In this document: positions 1-10,910 of the stretch, in pieces
Position numbering within the stretch: position 1 is the first letter of the stretch
Layout of the letters: the number at the start of each line of letters is the position of its first letter
From: Nitrosopumilaceae archaeon
GTDB lineage: Archaea > Thermoproteota > Nitrososphaeria > Nitrososphaerales > Nitrosopumilaceae
Reading direction: 5' to 3'
NCBI GenBank assembly: GCA_965214835.1
Contig: CBDCCK010000002.1
Coordinates: 1,664,001 to 1,728,000 of the forward strand
Length of the DNA stretch: 64,000 nt
Notes under the pieces: generated by a model
What the model was told of the DNA's origin: nothing
The model's input: only the letters and a program-made list of their open reading frames with translations
Databases searched by the model: none
Made by a program: the position numbers and the translations under genes

Positions 1-48
1 CGAGTTAAAGGTGGTAAAGATGAGCAAATGGCTGACGTAGATACTACG
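1..48 (+). mobile_element. 3' end and right terminus of an IS630-family element (continues beyond the window start)
   Basis: Translates ELKVVKMSKWLT* followed by ATACTACG. Nearly identical to the IS630 end at 22545-22592 (EIKVVEMNKWLT*...ATACTACG). Confidence 0.75.
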
Positions 49-146
49 CATGGTCTTCTACACGACAGTGTCGTCCTCAGCCTTCCAAGTGTACGCGATT
101 CACGATGCTGACATACGGATCTGCAGGCAGCATAATTTGAATCATT

Positions 147-1199
147 TTGAATATGGATCTGTCTTGTGGGGCACTTTTGGGAAGGCTTGATCTAGTTTTT
201 ATAACATTTTTTGAACATCTACATATGAACACTAGGCTTGGGGATGACGAGCATCCAACGGAAATTGGTTTAATGATTGATGCTGAGGAAGAAAGAGATG
301 AGGAACTACAAAAATTTGCCAATGATCAAAATGTGGTGTTACTGTCATTTATTGGATCCTATGTAGCACGAAGATATAACCCAGCAACCTCTGCAATGGC
401 TACTATGAATATAGTGGATGAGTTTGGAATAGAAACCATCCTGACAGATCTTAAGAAGAAGATTCCATCATTAAAAGAAAACAAGGCATATCTGTTAGTA
501 AATTCAACAGGTGGTAACGTCAGTTCTGCATATAAAACAGCAAGAGCACTACGTGAAGCATTCAAGGACATTACGGTGTTTGTTCCCCATTATGCTTTGA
601 GTGGGGGAACGATGTTGGCACTGATCGGAAATAGGATTAGAATGGGAATGATGAGTCAGCTTAGTCCGTTAGATGTCCAGCTGTATTATCGCAGTCAGCA
701 GGTGTCCGTTAATTCGTTGTTTAGAGCCAAACAGGCTTTAGATGAAGAATTTCAAACAAAAAAACCCGAGGAGATTCCCTATCCTGACAAGCACATGGTA
801 GAAAGTTTGGATCCCATAATATTACAGGAGTGGGGTGGAATTCAAAAAGAGGGAATGGTTTACTTGGAAGAGATCTTGAAAAGTAGCGGATATAGTAAAA
901 AACAAACCAACGCGTTAGTTGACAAATTAGTTTTTCAATTTCCAACACACGGATATGTAATTCATCGTGATCATGCAAAGACACTAGGGATCAAAGTAGA
1001 GTTTGACGACGAAGATGATGACGCGTGGAAGAAAATGCGATACTGGTTATCAAAATATGTGGTTAGGCAGACTGATCGCCATTTTATTCGATACGTAATT
1101 CCAAAGAAAGCAAAAGAGGCCGAAAAAAATTCCAAAACAGCAAAGGGAATAAAAACAACAAGAGTTGCAAAAACTCGTAGAGCTAAGAATCAAAAATAA
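147..1199 (+). CDS. ClpP/crotonase-fold serine protease (S49/SDH-like) with basic C-terminal tail; true start probably ~225-273
   Basis: Motifs LLVNSTGG, VFVPHYALSGGTMLAL, LSPLDVQ and THGYVI are typical of SDH-family Clp-fold peptidases. Confidence 0.75.
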   Translation: MNMDLSCGALLGRLDLVFITFFEHLHMNTRLGDDEHPTEIGLMIDAEEERDEELQKFANDQNVVLLSFIGSYVARRYNPATSAMATMNIVDEFGIETILTDLKKKIPSLKENKAYLLVNSTGGNVSSAYKTARALREAFKDITVFVPHYALSGGTMLALIGNRIRMGMMSQLSPLDVQLYYRSQQVSVNSLFRAKQALDEEFQTKKPEEIPYPDKHMVESLDPIILQEWGGIQKEGMVYLEEILKSSGYSKKQTNALVDKLVFQFPTHGYVIHRDHAKTLGIKVEFDDEDDDAWKKMRYWLSKYVVRQTDRHFIRYVIPKKAKEAEKNSKTAKGIKTTRVAKTRRAKNQK

Positions 1200-1364
1200 A
1201 TAAAGTTATTTTTTTATCCATTTATCAAACACAATTCTTGCGTCATCATTTAGAATATTCTCCAACTGTGTTTTGAGTTTACGGTTTCCAGAATCCTGCG
1301 AGTGTGTCTTCATTGATTACCTTATGTAAAATAATTATTTAAGAATGTTTGGCACAGGCCGAAC

Positions 1365-1521
1365 CGATTACGCATAAAGTCTATTGTAAAACCGGTTTTT
1401 CTTCCTTGTATGTAGATGGCATATCTGCCCATGATTTTGCCACTAGACTTTATGCGTAATCGACCTGAATGAGATGAATTTGTTCGTAATAATCCCCCAG
1501 ATCTGAACCGATTAAAGTCTA
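1365..1521. mobile_element. Solo termini / tiny MITE remnants of the IS5-like family
   Basis: CGATTACGCATAAAGTCTA (1365-1383), TAGACTTTATGCGTAATCG (1444-1462) and a degenerate end at ~1508-1521 match the TIRs of the element at 12091-13810. Confidence 0.7.
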
Positions 1522-1885
1522 AAGAATATTAAAAATTCAGAAAATAACATAGTTTCTGTATGCAACTGTTTATGATTTAAACAAAAAACATGGAATAGTT
1601 TTGCGCCACGTTTATCCAAATACGCATTGTGTTTAATGAGTGTTGAATCTAAAGTGTTTTATAGATTTTTTAATTGATTGAATTAATGGGAAACGAAATT
1701 GAAACAAGAATATGTGCAAACTATAGAAGTAAAGCAAAAAAACTTGGTCTTGAATTCCTTCAAACGTTTGGATTTTACCTACAGGTTTTGAACAATTACA
1801 AACAAGTGAAGATGTTCTCTATGCTTCTGATTGTGATTTAGTAACAAAATTACTCCGAAAAAAGGAATATCATACTCATTGATGG

Positions 1886-2191
1886 ATGAGAATAAAGACT
1901 CATCCAAAATTAAGTCAGCACGGTTTTGAATTAGTAACTCTTCCATTAATTGCATTTCTAATTGAAAGTATGCAGAACAATTCAGAAATCATCACATCAA
2001 CGTTAAATCCATTAAGCGGGTTTCTTAAGCAAAAAATAAAAAGAGAACCAAATAAAGAAAAGTATATAGTAAAACCAAAGATTGTAAAAGAGATAAAAAA
2101 TTCTAGTTTCAAAGAATATTCGTTTGAAGGATCTCCTGACAAATATGATGATTTCATTACTTTTGTAAAAGAGGATTGCAAGGATGATTGA
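1886..2191 (+). CDS. Hypothetical protein in an AT-rich island, possibly the 3' part of a frameshifted gene starting ~1686
   Basis: ORF track; low GC; overlaps the next ORF like an operon; no motif recognised. Confidence 0.35.
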   Translation: MRIKTHPKLSQHGFELVTLPLIAFLIESMQNNSEIITSTLNPLSGFLKQKIKREPNKEKYIVKPKIVKEIKNSSFKEYSFEGSPDKYDDFITFVKEDCKDD

Positions 2192-2573
2192 AGAAAAAAT
2201 GGTCTTAATTACATTAAAAGATAAGAGACGTTGTTTGTATGTCACTAGGGACATAACAATTCTTGAAGAATGTGAAAATGTGTTAAAAGTACTACAAAAA
2301 GAAATTCTAGAGACGAAACAGCATTTTATTGATGGGCAAAATGAAGAGGAAGCTAACAAATTTTTATCTTTAGAGAACCGGTGTTCGACAATAACATGTG
2401 GAATCCATATCTTTAAACAATTAAAACAAAACAAGCCTTCTGAGGCTTGGGCTAGCCTTGTTGCAGCACAAAACCATGCTCATCGGAGTAATGCCGCATA
2501 TGAATTATCAGGCACATTACAGTGTGAGATCATTATTCATTTTGACAATATAGAAACAGTTGTAATAGGATAA
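2184..2573 (+). CDS. Hypothetical protein, probably truncated by the adjacent IS66
   Basis: 129-aa AT-rich ORF ending at the junction with the GC-rich IS66 sequence. Confidence 0.4.
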   Translation: MIEEKMVLITLKDKRRCLYVTRDITILEECENVLKVLQKEILETKQHFIDGQNEEEANKFLSLENRCSTITCGIHIFKQLKQNKPSEAWASLVAAQNHAHRSNAAYELSGTLQCEIIIHFDNIETVVIG

Positions 2574-4148
2574 CCCATGCCTAGTTAATTTTTCGTGACC
2601 GTCTGATCTATAAACTATCAATACCAAGACAATACATGCCTACAGCCTCGGAATTCAAGACATTAAGCAAGGAGATGGCCTGCGCCAGGGCGAAGCTTCA
2701 GAAGACGCAGGAGGAGCTTGACACAGAAAGGATGGCATCTGCCATAAGGCAGGCCGATGATGCCGCACTAATCTAGATGCAGGTGTCACAAATCAAGCAG
2801 CTCGAACAGCACATCAAATACTATAACCCGCACAGCCTGTCATCACAGAACTCGATACCGACCAAGCAGAAAAAGGCGACTGCGGCAAGGGAATTGGGCA
2901 GGGCACCGGCAAGGCCGGGCCAAAAACCCGGACACAGGGGCGTATCACACAAGAGGCGCCCTACCCAGTACAAGACGCACGTGCCTGACAGGTGCGGCGC
3001 GTGCAACGGGCGCGACCTGACAGATCCGGTTCCCGCCGGAACCAGGATGGCTACTGACATTCCAGAGATCCCAGAGCCGGTCACGACACAGCACTACTTT
3101 ACCCGCCGCAGGTGCCGCGGGTGCGGCGCCGTCACCGAGACAAACGGGGGCGGACTGGTCGTTCCGGACACCGAGTTTGAACCCAACATGGCCTCCTATA
3201 TCTGCACCCTGCACGCCATGCCTGCCTCCATCGGTTCCATCAGTCGCATCGTAAGGGAGGTCTTTGGGATTGACGCCAGCAAGGGAATGATACAGAGCTG
3301 CCTCAAGGCCGCCGCAAAGGCGCTCGATCCGTGCGTGGAGGACATCAAGACGGAGATTGCAGGATGCGACCACGTCCACATGGGCGAGACGGGGATGCCG
3401 TGCAACGGCAGAAGCGGCTACCTGTGGGGGGGGTTGTTTCCTAATTCGCCAGAATTCCTGAAAACCGTTGAGATGCCACATGGATCAGGCGTACAAAAGG
3501 ACAGAAATTCAGAAAACATGCAGATTGAGTCCGGCAGGTGGAATTAGGAAGCAACCCCATCTGTGGGTGGCAGTGGGCGTCAAGGACGGCGCGCCCGTCG
3601 GCGCGCACATGGTGGCGACCGACAGCAGGAGGGCATCCGTACTCGACGAGTACCTTTCATACGTGCCCAGGATCGGGGTGACCGACGGGTACCCCGGGTA
3701 CGAAAAGTTCTTCGGCAAGAACAGGTAGAGGTGCTGGGCCCACATGACCTGGGAGGCAGACGCCCAGAGCGAAAAATCCGACTCTGGAGATCCGGGCCGC
3801 CGGAGGGCGCCGCCCAGTGCGACATGCTCGTGGCCGAGACGCGCGCGCTGGGCGCCGCATTCAGGGAGGCCGGGTGCGAAGGCTTTGCCACAAAGCTTGA
3901 GAGCACATCGGGATTCCTCTACACGTTCGTGCTATGCTAGGACATGGATCCCATCAATAACCCGGTCGCGCGCATGCTGAGGCCCTCTAATTGTGCGCAA
4001 CATACGCCAAGGGCTCCGTACCGAGGAGGACATCGAGATGTTTACCGTACTGATGACGTGCACTGAGCTGGCGCGTCTAGGGGACGGCATAAGGGAGATG
4101 GTCGTCAAGACCCTGACTGGCCACGTCGCCTAGGGGGCAAACCCTTAC
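2562..4148 (+). mobile_element. Degenerate IS66-family element (transposase pseudogene ~2636-4130), interrupted by a MITE
   Basis: Contains PGQKPGHRG, zinc finger CxxC...RCxxC, HxGETG (DETG-like), GYLW-VAVG and VTDGYPGY, with stops and frameshifts. Right end ...CTTAC at 4148; possible left GTAA at 2562 (weak). Confidence 0.8.
3430..3558. mobile_element. MITE family D (~129 bp) inserted in the IS66 transposase
   Basis: 18-bp TIR GGGGTTGTTTCCTAATTC / GAATTAGGAAGCAACCCC (1 mismatch). ~9-bp TSD ACCTGTGGG / ATCTGTGGG. Removal restores GYLWVAVG. Second copy at ~24846-24972. Confidence 0.85.
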
Positions 4149-4203
4149 GTTCAACAGACTACAAGCATACATATTATATTTGGGTTCTAAAACGCATATT
4201 CAA

Positions 4204-4551
4204 ATGACAAGTCAGATAACTATTCGGCTGGCAAAGGATCTCAAAAGGGCCTCAAGGGTAAATGAGGCGCCAATCTGGGGAAAACTGGCAGAATACGCTC
4301 TAAAACCCTCGATTGCCAGAAGAATCATCAACATCAACAGGATTGGAGAGCTGACAAGTGACGGGGACGTTGTCGTATTCCCGGGCAAAGTGCTGGGCAC
4401 CGGAAGCATTTCACACAAAATCACACTGTTTGCATTTTCAATTTCACGCACCGCGGCAGGCAAGATTAACGGCGCCGGCGGAAAGATAGTATCACAAAAA
4501 CACATCATAGAGCAAAACCCGACAGGTAGGGGAGTGGTTTTGCTTGGATGA
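4204..4551 (+). CDS. rpl18e: 50S ribosomal protein L18e
   Basis: APIW...VVVFPGKVLGTG...KITLFAFSIS...AGGK; conserved order with rpl13 and rps9. Confidence 0.95.
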   Translation: MTSQITIRLAKDLKRASRVNEAPIWGKLAEYALKPSIARRIININRIGELTSDGDVVVFPGKVLGTGSISHKITLFAFSISRTAAGKINGAGGKIVSQKHIIEQNPTGRGVVLLG

Positions 4552-5137
4552 AGACACCAAAATCTCGGAAGCCGTAGCTGACAGTCAAGAGGATCTACAA
4601 GGGCAGCCAGGTGATTCAATAACCGAAGACGCCAGGGAGACCGTAGCTGACAGTCAAGAGGATCTACAAGGGCAGCCAGATGATTCGGGTGATGAGAATG
4701 CCAAGGCGGCGCAGGTTGTAGTTGATGGGACGGATCTTATTGCCGGAAGGCTTGCGTCAAACGTTGCAAAAATGCTCCTGCAGGGAACAAGGGTCTCAAT
4801 CGTAAACTGCGAGAACATAATGATTAGCGGTTCTAGAGGCAACATCGTCAAGGAATACAGGGACTTTCTAGAGATTGCAAGCATCCTGAATCCCAAGCAC
4901 GGACCATACCATCCAAGAAGGCCAGATACAATGATTGCCAGGATGGTCAGGGGAATGCTGCCCAGAAAAAAGCCGTCTGGAAAAACCGCACTGAGCAGGC
5001 TGAGGACCTACATAGGGACGCCAAGGGAGGCAAGGTCACTGGAAAGGGTGGAGCTGCAAAAGGCAAAAATAACAAGGACGTCGGCAAACTATACGACCAT
5101 GGCCGACCTGGGCAGAACGATAGGGTGGACCGAATGA
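4544..5137 (+). CDS. rpl13: 50S ribosomal protein L13 with duplicated acidic N-terminal extension
   Basis: VVVDGTDLIAGRLASNVAK, GPYHPRRPD, RMVRGMLPRKKPSGK. Confidence 0.95.
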   Translation: MDEDTKISEAVADSQEDLQGQPGDSITEDARETVADSQEDLQGQPDDSGDENAKAAQVVVDGTDLIAGRLASNVAKMLLQGTRVSIVNCENIMISGSRGNIVKEYRDFLEIASILNPKHGPYHPRRPDTMIARMVRGMLPRKKPSGKTALSRLRTYIGTPREARSLERVELQKAKITRTSANYTTMADLGRTIGWTE

Positions 5138-5580
5138 CGGTAAAGACAGAGATTTACTTTGCGACAAGAAAGACGTCTAGCGCGCACGTATACATCACAA
5201 AGGGCAAGGGAAAGATCAGAATCAACAACATTCCAGTGGAGATGATCCCGCAAGAGCACGCAAGGGAGACAATTCTGGCCCCGCTTGAGGTTGCAGGGGA
5301 CATGAGGGGGAGGATAGACATCTCCGTAAGAGTGAGGGGAGGCGGATTCATGGGCCAGGCAGGTGCTGCGGCAACTGCGATCTCCAGGGCCCTTACCGGA
5401 TGGACGAAATCCAAAAAGGATCCCAGGGATCACCCGCTTTCCAAATCAGCCAGGGAGGATCTGAGAAAAAGAATTTCAGAGTTTGACAAGTATCTGATAA
5501 GCGGCGATGCCAGGCGGAAGGAGCCAAAGAAGTTTGGCGGGCCCGGCGCAAGAAGAAGAAAGCAGAAATCATACCGTTAG
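5134..5580 (+). CDS. rps9: 30S ribosomal protein S9
   Basis: RKTSSAHVYITKGKGKIRIN, VRGGGFMGQA, RRKEPKKFGGPGARRRKQKSYR. Confidence 0.97.
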   Translation: MTVKTEIYFATRKTSSAHVYITKGKGKIRINNIPVEMIPQEHARETILAPLEVAGDMRGRIDISVRVRGGGFMGQAGAAATAISRALTGWTKSKKDPRDHPLSKSAREDLRKRISEFDKYLISGDARRKEPKKFGGPGARRRKQKSYR

Positions 5581-5583
5581 ACC

Positions 5584-6309
5584 GTGAAGGCCATAATCTT
5601 AGCAGGCGGCAAAGGAACCAGGGGCAGGCCCTACACCGATTACTTTCCAAAGGCCATGATACCAGTAGACGGAATGCCGCTGATTCAGTACGTCGTAGAT
5701 CACCTCAGCGCGTTTCCAGTCATAGGGGAGATCATCATAGTTGCCGATTTCAAGGGACTGGGCGCACAGATACGAAACCACTTCCAGGGACAGAGGATCG
5801 CCAAAAGGTTGAAATTCGTGCAGGACTCCCAGAGCGGGACCGGGGGGGATCTGATCCATGCAGCCGGGGCGCTTGGAGGCGCCAGGGAGTTTATCCTGTG
5901 GTTTGTCGACAACTTTTGCGCCCTGGATGTGGACTCTATGAAGAGGCAGTTTGAGGCGCAAAAGAGCATGGTGTGCATTGCCACTAGGACCAAACGGAGT
6001 GAGGAGACGGGTTTTGCCAAGGTAGTCGATGGAAAGGTCGTGGAGTTCAAAGAAAAGCCCGTCATGGATCTGCCGCTGTCAGAGTGCCTGGGAATCTACA
6101 TGCTGGATGCAGGGATCCTGAGTCTTGTAAGAAAGGCCAAAAAGGCAAACGTGGATTTCTCGTTTGACGTGCTGGAGGGCCTTTCAAAAGAGTCGCAGGT
6201 CAGCACCTACGACATCGGGGATATCGGGTGGCTGGACGTCGAGTCGCCGGTCATCATAGACAGGAACAAAAGACAGGTAAGGAGGATCATAAGACAGATG
6301 GGATTCTAG
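5584..6309 (+). CDS. Sugar-phosphate nucleotidyltransferase family protein
   Basis: N-terminal KAIILAGGKGTRGRPYTDYFPKAMIPV; FKEKP motif. Confidence 0.9.
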   Translation: MKAIILAGGKGTRGRPYTDYFPKAMIPVDGMPLIQYVVDHLSAFPVIGEIIIVADFKGLGAQIRNHFQGQRIAKRLKFVQDSQSGTGGDLIHAAGALGGAREFILWFVDNFCALDVDSMKRQFEAQKSMVCIATRTKRSEETGFAKVVDGKVVEFKEKPVMDLPLSECLGIYMLDAGILSLVRKAKKANVDFSFDVLEGLSKESQVSTYDIGDIGWLDVESPVIIDRNKRQVRRIIRQMGF

Positions 6310-6880
6310 ACTCCCTCTCAAAGGAGTCTATTTCCTGCTCGTACTGAAGGGTCAGGGCGATGTCGTCTAGTCCCTCAAGGAGGACCTTCCTTTTGTACGG
6401 GTCTATTTCAAACGGGATCGACTCTCCGGGTACTGAGACGGTCTGGCTCACCAGGCTCACCTCGACGGGCTGCCGCACTTTTTGTATCCTCTGGACGGTT
6501 TGGGCAGGCAGTGATACTGGCAGGATCCCGTTTTTGAAGCAGTTGCTGTAAAAGATGTCGGCAAACGAGGGGGAGATCACCACGTCAAATCCATAGTCCT
6601 GAAGGGCCCAGACCGCGTGCTCCCGGCTTGAGCCGCATCCAAAGTTATCGCCGGTGACCAGTATTCTCGAGGAGGAGTATTTTGGATCATTGAGTACAAA
6701 GTCCGGATTGGGCCTCTCCCCGGAAAGAAACCTCCAGTTGTAGAAAAGATACCGCCCAAAGCCGGACTTTTGGACCAGTTTCAGGAACTGCTTGGGTATG
6801 ATCTGATCGGTGTCGACGTTGACCTTGTCAAGCGGGGTGACAACCGTCCTCACGGTGGCGAATTTTTTCACAGATCCCAC
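6287..6880 (-). CDS. leuD: 3-isopropylmalate dehydratase small subunit
   Basis: [52 protein letters not shown]. Confidence 0.95.
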   Translation of the reverse strand: MGSVKKFATVRTVVTPLDKVNVDTDQIIPKQFLKLVQKSGFGRYLFYNWRFLSGERPNPDFVLNDPKYSSSRILVTGDNFGCGSSREHAVWALQDYGFDVVISPSFADIFYSNCFKNGILPVSLPAQTVQRIQKVRQPVEVSLVSQTVSVPGESIPFEIDPYKRKVLLEGLDDIALTLQYEQEIDSFERESRIPSVL

Positions 6881-8286
6881 TCCCTTACGTCCACAAAGTG
6901 CCCGGCAACTGCGGCAGCTGCTGCCATTACGGGGCTTACCAGGTGGGTCCTGCCTCCCGCACCCTGCCTTCCCTCAAAGTTTCTGTTCGAGGTGCTAGCA
7001 CAGCGCTCCCCGGGCTGCAGGATGTCGGGGTTCATGCCCAGGCACATGCTGCATCCCGAATGGCGCCACTCAAAGTCGGCATCCTTGAAGATTTTGTCAA
7101 TGCCAAGCTCCTCTGCCTGCCTCCTGACCATCTGTGAGCCCGGCACCACCATTGCCCTGACGCCCGGCAAGACCCGCCTGCCCTTGATCACGCGTGCGGC
7201 ATCCCTGAGATCCTCAAGCCTTGCGTTGGTACAGGAGCCAATAAACACCCTGTCGATCGAAATGTCAGTTATCGGGGTTCCGGACTTGAGATCCATGTAC
7301 TCCAGGGCCTTTTGAACGCCGAGTCTCCGGGATTCGTCACCGGGGGAAACGTCCTCGGGATACGGGACAGAATCGGTCACGTCGCAGGTCATTCCGGGAT
7401 TCGTGCCCCAGCTTACCTGAGGGGCAATGTTGCTGGCATCAAGGGTGTATGACTTGTCAAACCGGGCGTTTGGGTCCGTCCTCAGACCGATCCTCCAGTC
7501 ATCGACTAGCTCGTCATAGTCTTCGGGGGTGAACCTGCGCCCGCGCGAGTACTCAAACGTCTTTTCATCTGGGGCGATCAGGCCCGCGCGGGCCCCGCCC
7601 TCTATGGACATGTTGCAGACAGTCATTCGCTGCTCCATGGACAGCTCCTCAATTGCCTCCCCGCGGTATTCGACTATTGTTCCCGTTCCGCCTGCGGTTC
7701 CGATGTTTTTGATGATTGACAGGATTATGTCCTTGGCAGTAACCGCAAGAGGGTTCCTGCGCCTGCCCTCGACCCTGATCTCAAAGGACCTGGGCTTGCT
7801 CATCCACAGGGTCTGGGAGGCCAGCACATGCTCGACCTCGCTTGTTCCAATGCCAAATGCCAGCGCACCAAATGCCCCGTGGGTGGAGGTGTGGCTGTCG
7901 CCGCAGACGATCGTGGTTCCGGGCAGCGTCATGCCCAGCTGGGGCCCTATTACGTGCACGATTCCCTGGTCCGGACTGCCAATTCCAAACAGCCTTATTC
8001 CAAAATCCCGGCAGTTCTTGGCCAGTGTCTTGATCTGTATTTCCGAGGTCTGATCGACTATCGGCAGCGACCTGCCGGTGGTAGGCACGTTATGATCCAT
8101 GGTTGCAATCGTCAGGTCGGGCCTGCGCACCCCCCGGTTGCTCACCCTCAGCCCGTCAAAGGCCTGTGGGGAGGTGACCTCATGGATCAGATGCCTGTCA
8201 ACGTAAAGCAGCGACGGCCCGCCTTTTTTTTGGACAACGACGTGGCTGTTCCAGATTTTCTCAAATAGCGTCTCGGGCATCTTCAC
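6868..8286 (-). CDS. leuC: 3-isopropylmalate dehydratase large subunit
   Basis: [52 protein letters not shown]. Confidence 0.97.
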   Translation of the reverse strand: MKMPETLFEKIWNSHVVVQKKGGPSLLYVDRHLIHEVTSPQAFDGLRVSNRGVRRPDLTIATMDHNVPTTGRSLPIVDQTSEIQIKTLAKNCRDFGIRLFGIGSPDQGIVHVIGPQLGMTLPGTTIVCGDSHTSTHGAFGALAFGIGTSEVEHVLASQTLWMSKPRSFEIRVEGRRRNPLAVTAKDIILSIIKNIGTAGGTGTIVEYRGEAIEELSMEQRMTVCNMSIEGGARAGLIAPDEKTFEYSRGRRFTPEDYDELVDDWRIGLRTDPNARFDKSYTLDASNIAPQVSWGTNPGMTCDVTDSVPYPEDVSPGDESRRLGVQKALEYMDLKSGTPITDISIDRVFIGSCTNARLEDLRDAARVIKGRRVLPGVRAMVVPGSQMVRRQAEELGIDKIFKDADFEWRHSGCSMCLGMNPDILQPGERCASTSNRNFEGRQGAGGRTHLVSPVMAAAAAVAGHFVDVREWDL

Positions 8287-8768
8287 TCGGGCTTGAACTT
8301 GAACAGACCGCCTGCGGCAATGATCCTTCCGATAATCTCTGAGAACGGCTTCATAGGATATGCCTCGTTTTTTGTAATGTTGGTGATTTTATTTTCATCG
8401 GTGCTGATGTCAAGCTCGTCGCCTGCAGAAATCCTCCCGTACGTGTCCTCGTCAACCTCAATCGGCAGCAAAAACGCGCCGTCAACTGAGTTTCTGTAAA
8501 AAATCCGGGCAAAGGATACGGCAAGCACCGCCCGGATTCCAGAGTGGGACAGGGCTATAGGGGCGTGCTCACGGCTGGAACCGCAGCCAAAGTTTTTGCC
8601 TGCCAGGATAAAATCCCCGGGCCTCACCTTGGAATGAAAGTCTGGATCCAGTCCCTCCATCGCATGGGCCGCCAGCTCCTCATAGTCGTGTACCTTCAGG
8701 TACTGGCCGGGGATTATGACGTCTGTGTCGATGTTGTCTTGCTCGTACTTTATCACGTTTCCCCTCAT
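8283..8768 (-). CDS. Homoaconitase / archaeal IPM isomerase small subunit (LeuD/HacB family)
   Basis: [41 protein letters not shown] at 8768 overlaps the large-subunit stop. Confidence 0.9.
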   Translation of the reverse strand: MRGNVIKYEQDNIDTDVIIPGQYLKVHDYEELAAHAMEGLDPDFHSKVRPGDFILAGKNFGCGSSREHAPIALSHSGIRAVLAVSFARIFYRNSVDGAFLLPIEVDEDTYGRISAGDELDISTDENKITNITKNEAYPMKPFSEIIGRIIAAGGLFKFKPE

Positions 8769-10036
8769 GACAGATCCCTCGGATCGGTGATTCTGCCGGT
8801 TACGGCGGAGGCCGCTGCAACCAGGGGGGACGCAAGGTAGGTCTGAGAGTCCACGTGGCCCATACGTCCGGGAAAGTTCCGGTTGGTGGTGCTGATGCAC
8901 ACCTCGTCTTTTGCCAGGACGCCCATGTGGGCTCCACAGCAGGCGCCGCAGGTGGGCGGTCCCACCGTCGCGCCGGCATCCAGGAATATCTTGATCAGGC
9001 CGTTCTCCACTGCCTGCCTGTAGATGGAGATGGCCGCGGGAAGCACCTCGGTCCTGATCCTGACCCGGCGTCCCTTCAGGATTCTCGCGGCAGCCTCGAT
9101 GTCCTCGTACTTTGCCCCGGTACAGGAGCCGATGTATGCCTTGTCCAGCTCGACTGAGGGGGCCTCCCTGACTATGGAGATGTTTTCCGGCGAGAACGGT
9201 CTTGCAACGACGGGCTCCATCTCGGATCCCTCGTATTCGAGGACTTTTGCATATTGTGCATCATCATCACCCCTGACCGGGACATAGTCTGCAGCCCCGC
9301 GTGCTGCCAGATAGTCAAACACCTTTTGATCAGGCTCTATAATCCCGTTTTTTGCACCGGCCTCTGTAGTCATGTTGCAAAGCGTCAGCCTGCCCTCTAC
9401 TGACATTTCATCTATGCCGGTGCCGCCAAACTGCATTGATCGGTAGGCACCGCCGTCGGTTCCAATGTCTCCGATGATCCTCAGGATGAAATCCTTTGCC
9501 ATCACGTGATCTGGCAGTCCTCCATTGAGTCTAAAGTACACGGTCTCGGGAACCTTGAACCAGATCTGGCCGTTGAGCAGCACGTATGCAATGTCGGTGT
9601 GTCCTAGGCCGCACGCAAAGGCCCCCAGTGCGCCAGTCGTGTTCGTATGCGAGTCACCGCCGACATAGACCTCTCCAGGAAGGACCATGGCCTCCTCATG
9701 GGACAGCGTGTGGCAGATTCCATACTGCCCCATCCCGTACTTGAAGTGCCTTTTTATGCCGTAATTCTTTGTAAAGTTTGACAGCTTTACGATGTTTTCC
9801 GCAGAGATCTTCTCGGCAGAGGGGACAAAGTGATCCTCGGCAACCCAGACACGTGCAGGATCCCAGAGTTTGTCGGTCCGAATGCCCTGCTTTTGCAGCC
9901 TGTCAAATACCTTGAGCACCCCGGGTCCGGATACGTCATGCACCATTACCTTGTCTACCTTGGCAAAGACCACATCGTCAGGGGCCAGGCTCCCTCTTCC
10001 GGAGGCGCGTGCCAAAATTTTCTCTACAACATTCAC
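8765..10036 (-). CDS. Homoaconitase / archaeal IPM isomerase large subunit (LeuC/HacA family)
   Basis: DHFVP, GICH, GGDSHTNTTGALGAF, YIGSCTG, CGACCG, STTNRNFPGRMG. Confidence 0.92.
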   Translation of the reverse strand: MNVVEKILARASGRGSLAPDDVVFAKVDKVMVHDVSGPGVLKVFDRLQKQGIRTDKLWDPARVWVAEDHFVPSAEKISAENIVKLSNFTKNYGIKRHFKYGMGQYGICHTLSHEEAMVLPGEVYVGGDSHTNTTGALGAFACGLGHTDIAYVLLNGQIWFKVPETVYFRLNGGLPDHVMAKDFILRIIGDIGTDGGAYRSMQFGGTGIDEMSVEGRLTLCNMTTEAGAKNGIIEPDQKVFDYLAARGAADYVPVRGDDDAQYAKVLEYEGSEMEPVVARPFSPENISIVREAPSVELDKAYIGSCTGAKYEDIEAAARILKGRRVRIRTEVLPAAISIYRQAVENGLIKIFLDAGATVGPPTCGACCGAHMGVLAKDEVCISTTNRNFPGRMGHVDSQTYLASPLVAAASAVTGRITDPRDLS

Positions 10037-10108
10037 AATCCCAAAATCTTTGCCTAGTGATTAAAAGCTTTTCAGAAGGATAAAAAGACACGATGCTGGA
10101 TCAGGTGC

Positions 10109-10888
10109 ATGGCATTGGAGGCTCATCCGCTAGCTGTTGACAGAAGGTCTGACGAATTCCCGCTGCTTGACGACCTGGTTTTGGCCCTGGAAAAAAACGG
10201 CGTCAGGATGGAGGACGGCGACGTACTGGTCATATCAAGCAAGTATGTTGCAAATTCACAGGGCAGGGTCATAAACCTGGAAAATGTCAGATCATACCCG
10301 GACGGGGCAGGGATCTCAGAAAGGTTCCACATCCCAGAAAGACTTGCAGAGGTGGTTCAGAGAGAGTCGGATTTGGTGCTTGGGGGGATGGCCGGCTTTG
10401 TCATGGCGGCGATCGACGGCATACTGGCCCCCAATGCGGGAATCGATAGATCAAACTCAAAAAGAGACGAGGTCATTTTGTATCCAAACAACCCGTACGA
10501 GACGGCCGAGGAGCTAAGAAGGGGGATCTTCTTGAGGTTCCTGGTCAGCGCAGGGGTGATAATCACAGACAGCAGGCTGATGCCGGCAAGGGTCGGTACA
10601 GTCGGGGTTGCAATCGGGTGTGCAGGAATCGAGCCGGTCAACGACATGAGGGCACAAAAGGACTTGGACGGAAACCCGCTAAAGGTCACCATGCAGGCCG
10701 TTGCAGACAGCCTGGCAACGGTGGCAAACCACAGCATGGGCGAGGGCTCCGAATCAAGGCCGTATGTTGTGATAAAAAAATCAGACGCAAGGCTGACGAC
10801 AAGAAGGATTCCTTCAAACGAGATTTCAATAGCGCACGATCAGTGCATATATGTGCGCAGTTTGAAAAAGCAGTCCAGTTTTAAATAA
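10109..10888 (+). CDS. cofE: Coenzyme F420-0:L-glutamate ligase
   Basis: DGDVLVISSK, APNAGIDRSN, GVIITDSR, GVAIG, D-R---DL-G--L, MGEG-E--P. Confidence 0.9.
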   Translation: MALEAHPLAVDRRSDEFPLLDDLVLALEKNGVRMEDGDVLVISSKYVANSQGRVINLENVRSYPDGAGISERFHIPERLAEVVQRESDLVLGGMAGFVMAAIDGILAPNAGIDRSNSKRDEVILYPNNPYETAEELRRGIFLRFLVSAGVIITDSRLMPARVGTVGVAIGCAGIEPVNDMRAQKDLDGNPLKVTMQAVADSLATVANHSMGEGSESRPYVVIKKSDARLTTRRIPSNEISIAHDQCIYVRSLKKQSSFK

Positions 10889-10910
10889 GGCCCAGGGTAC
10901 AGAAGCTCCG

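Noticed and set aside
6287-10036. Two tandem aconitase-family pairs as a novel pathway
   Set aside because: Explained by leucine LeuCD plus the homoaconitase-type pair common in archaea.
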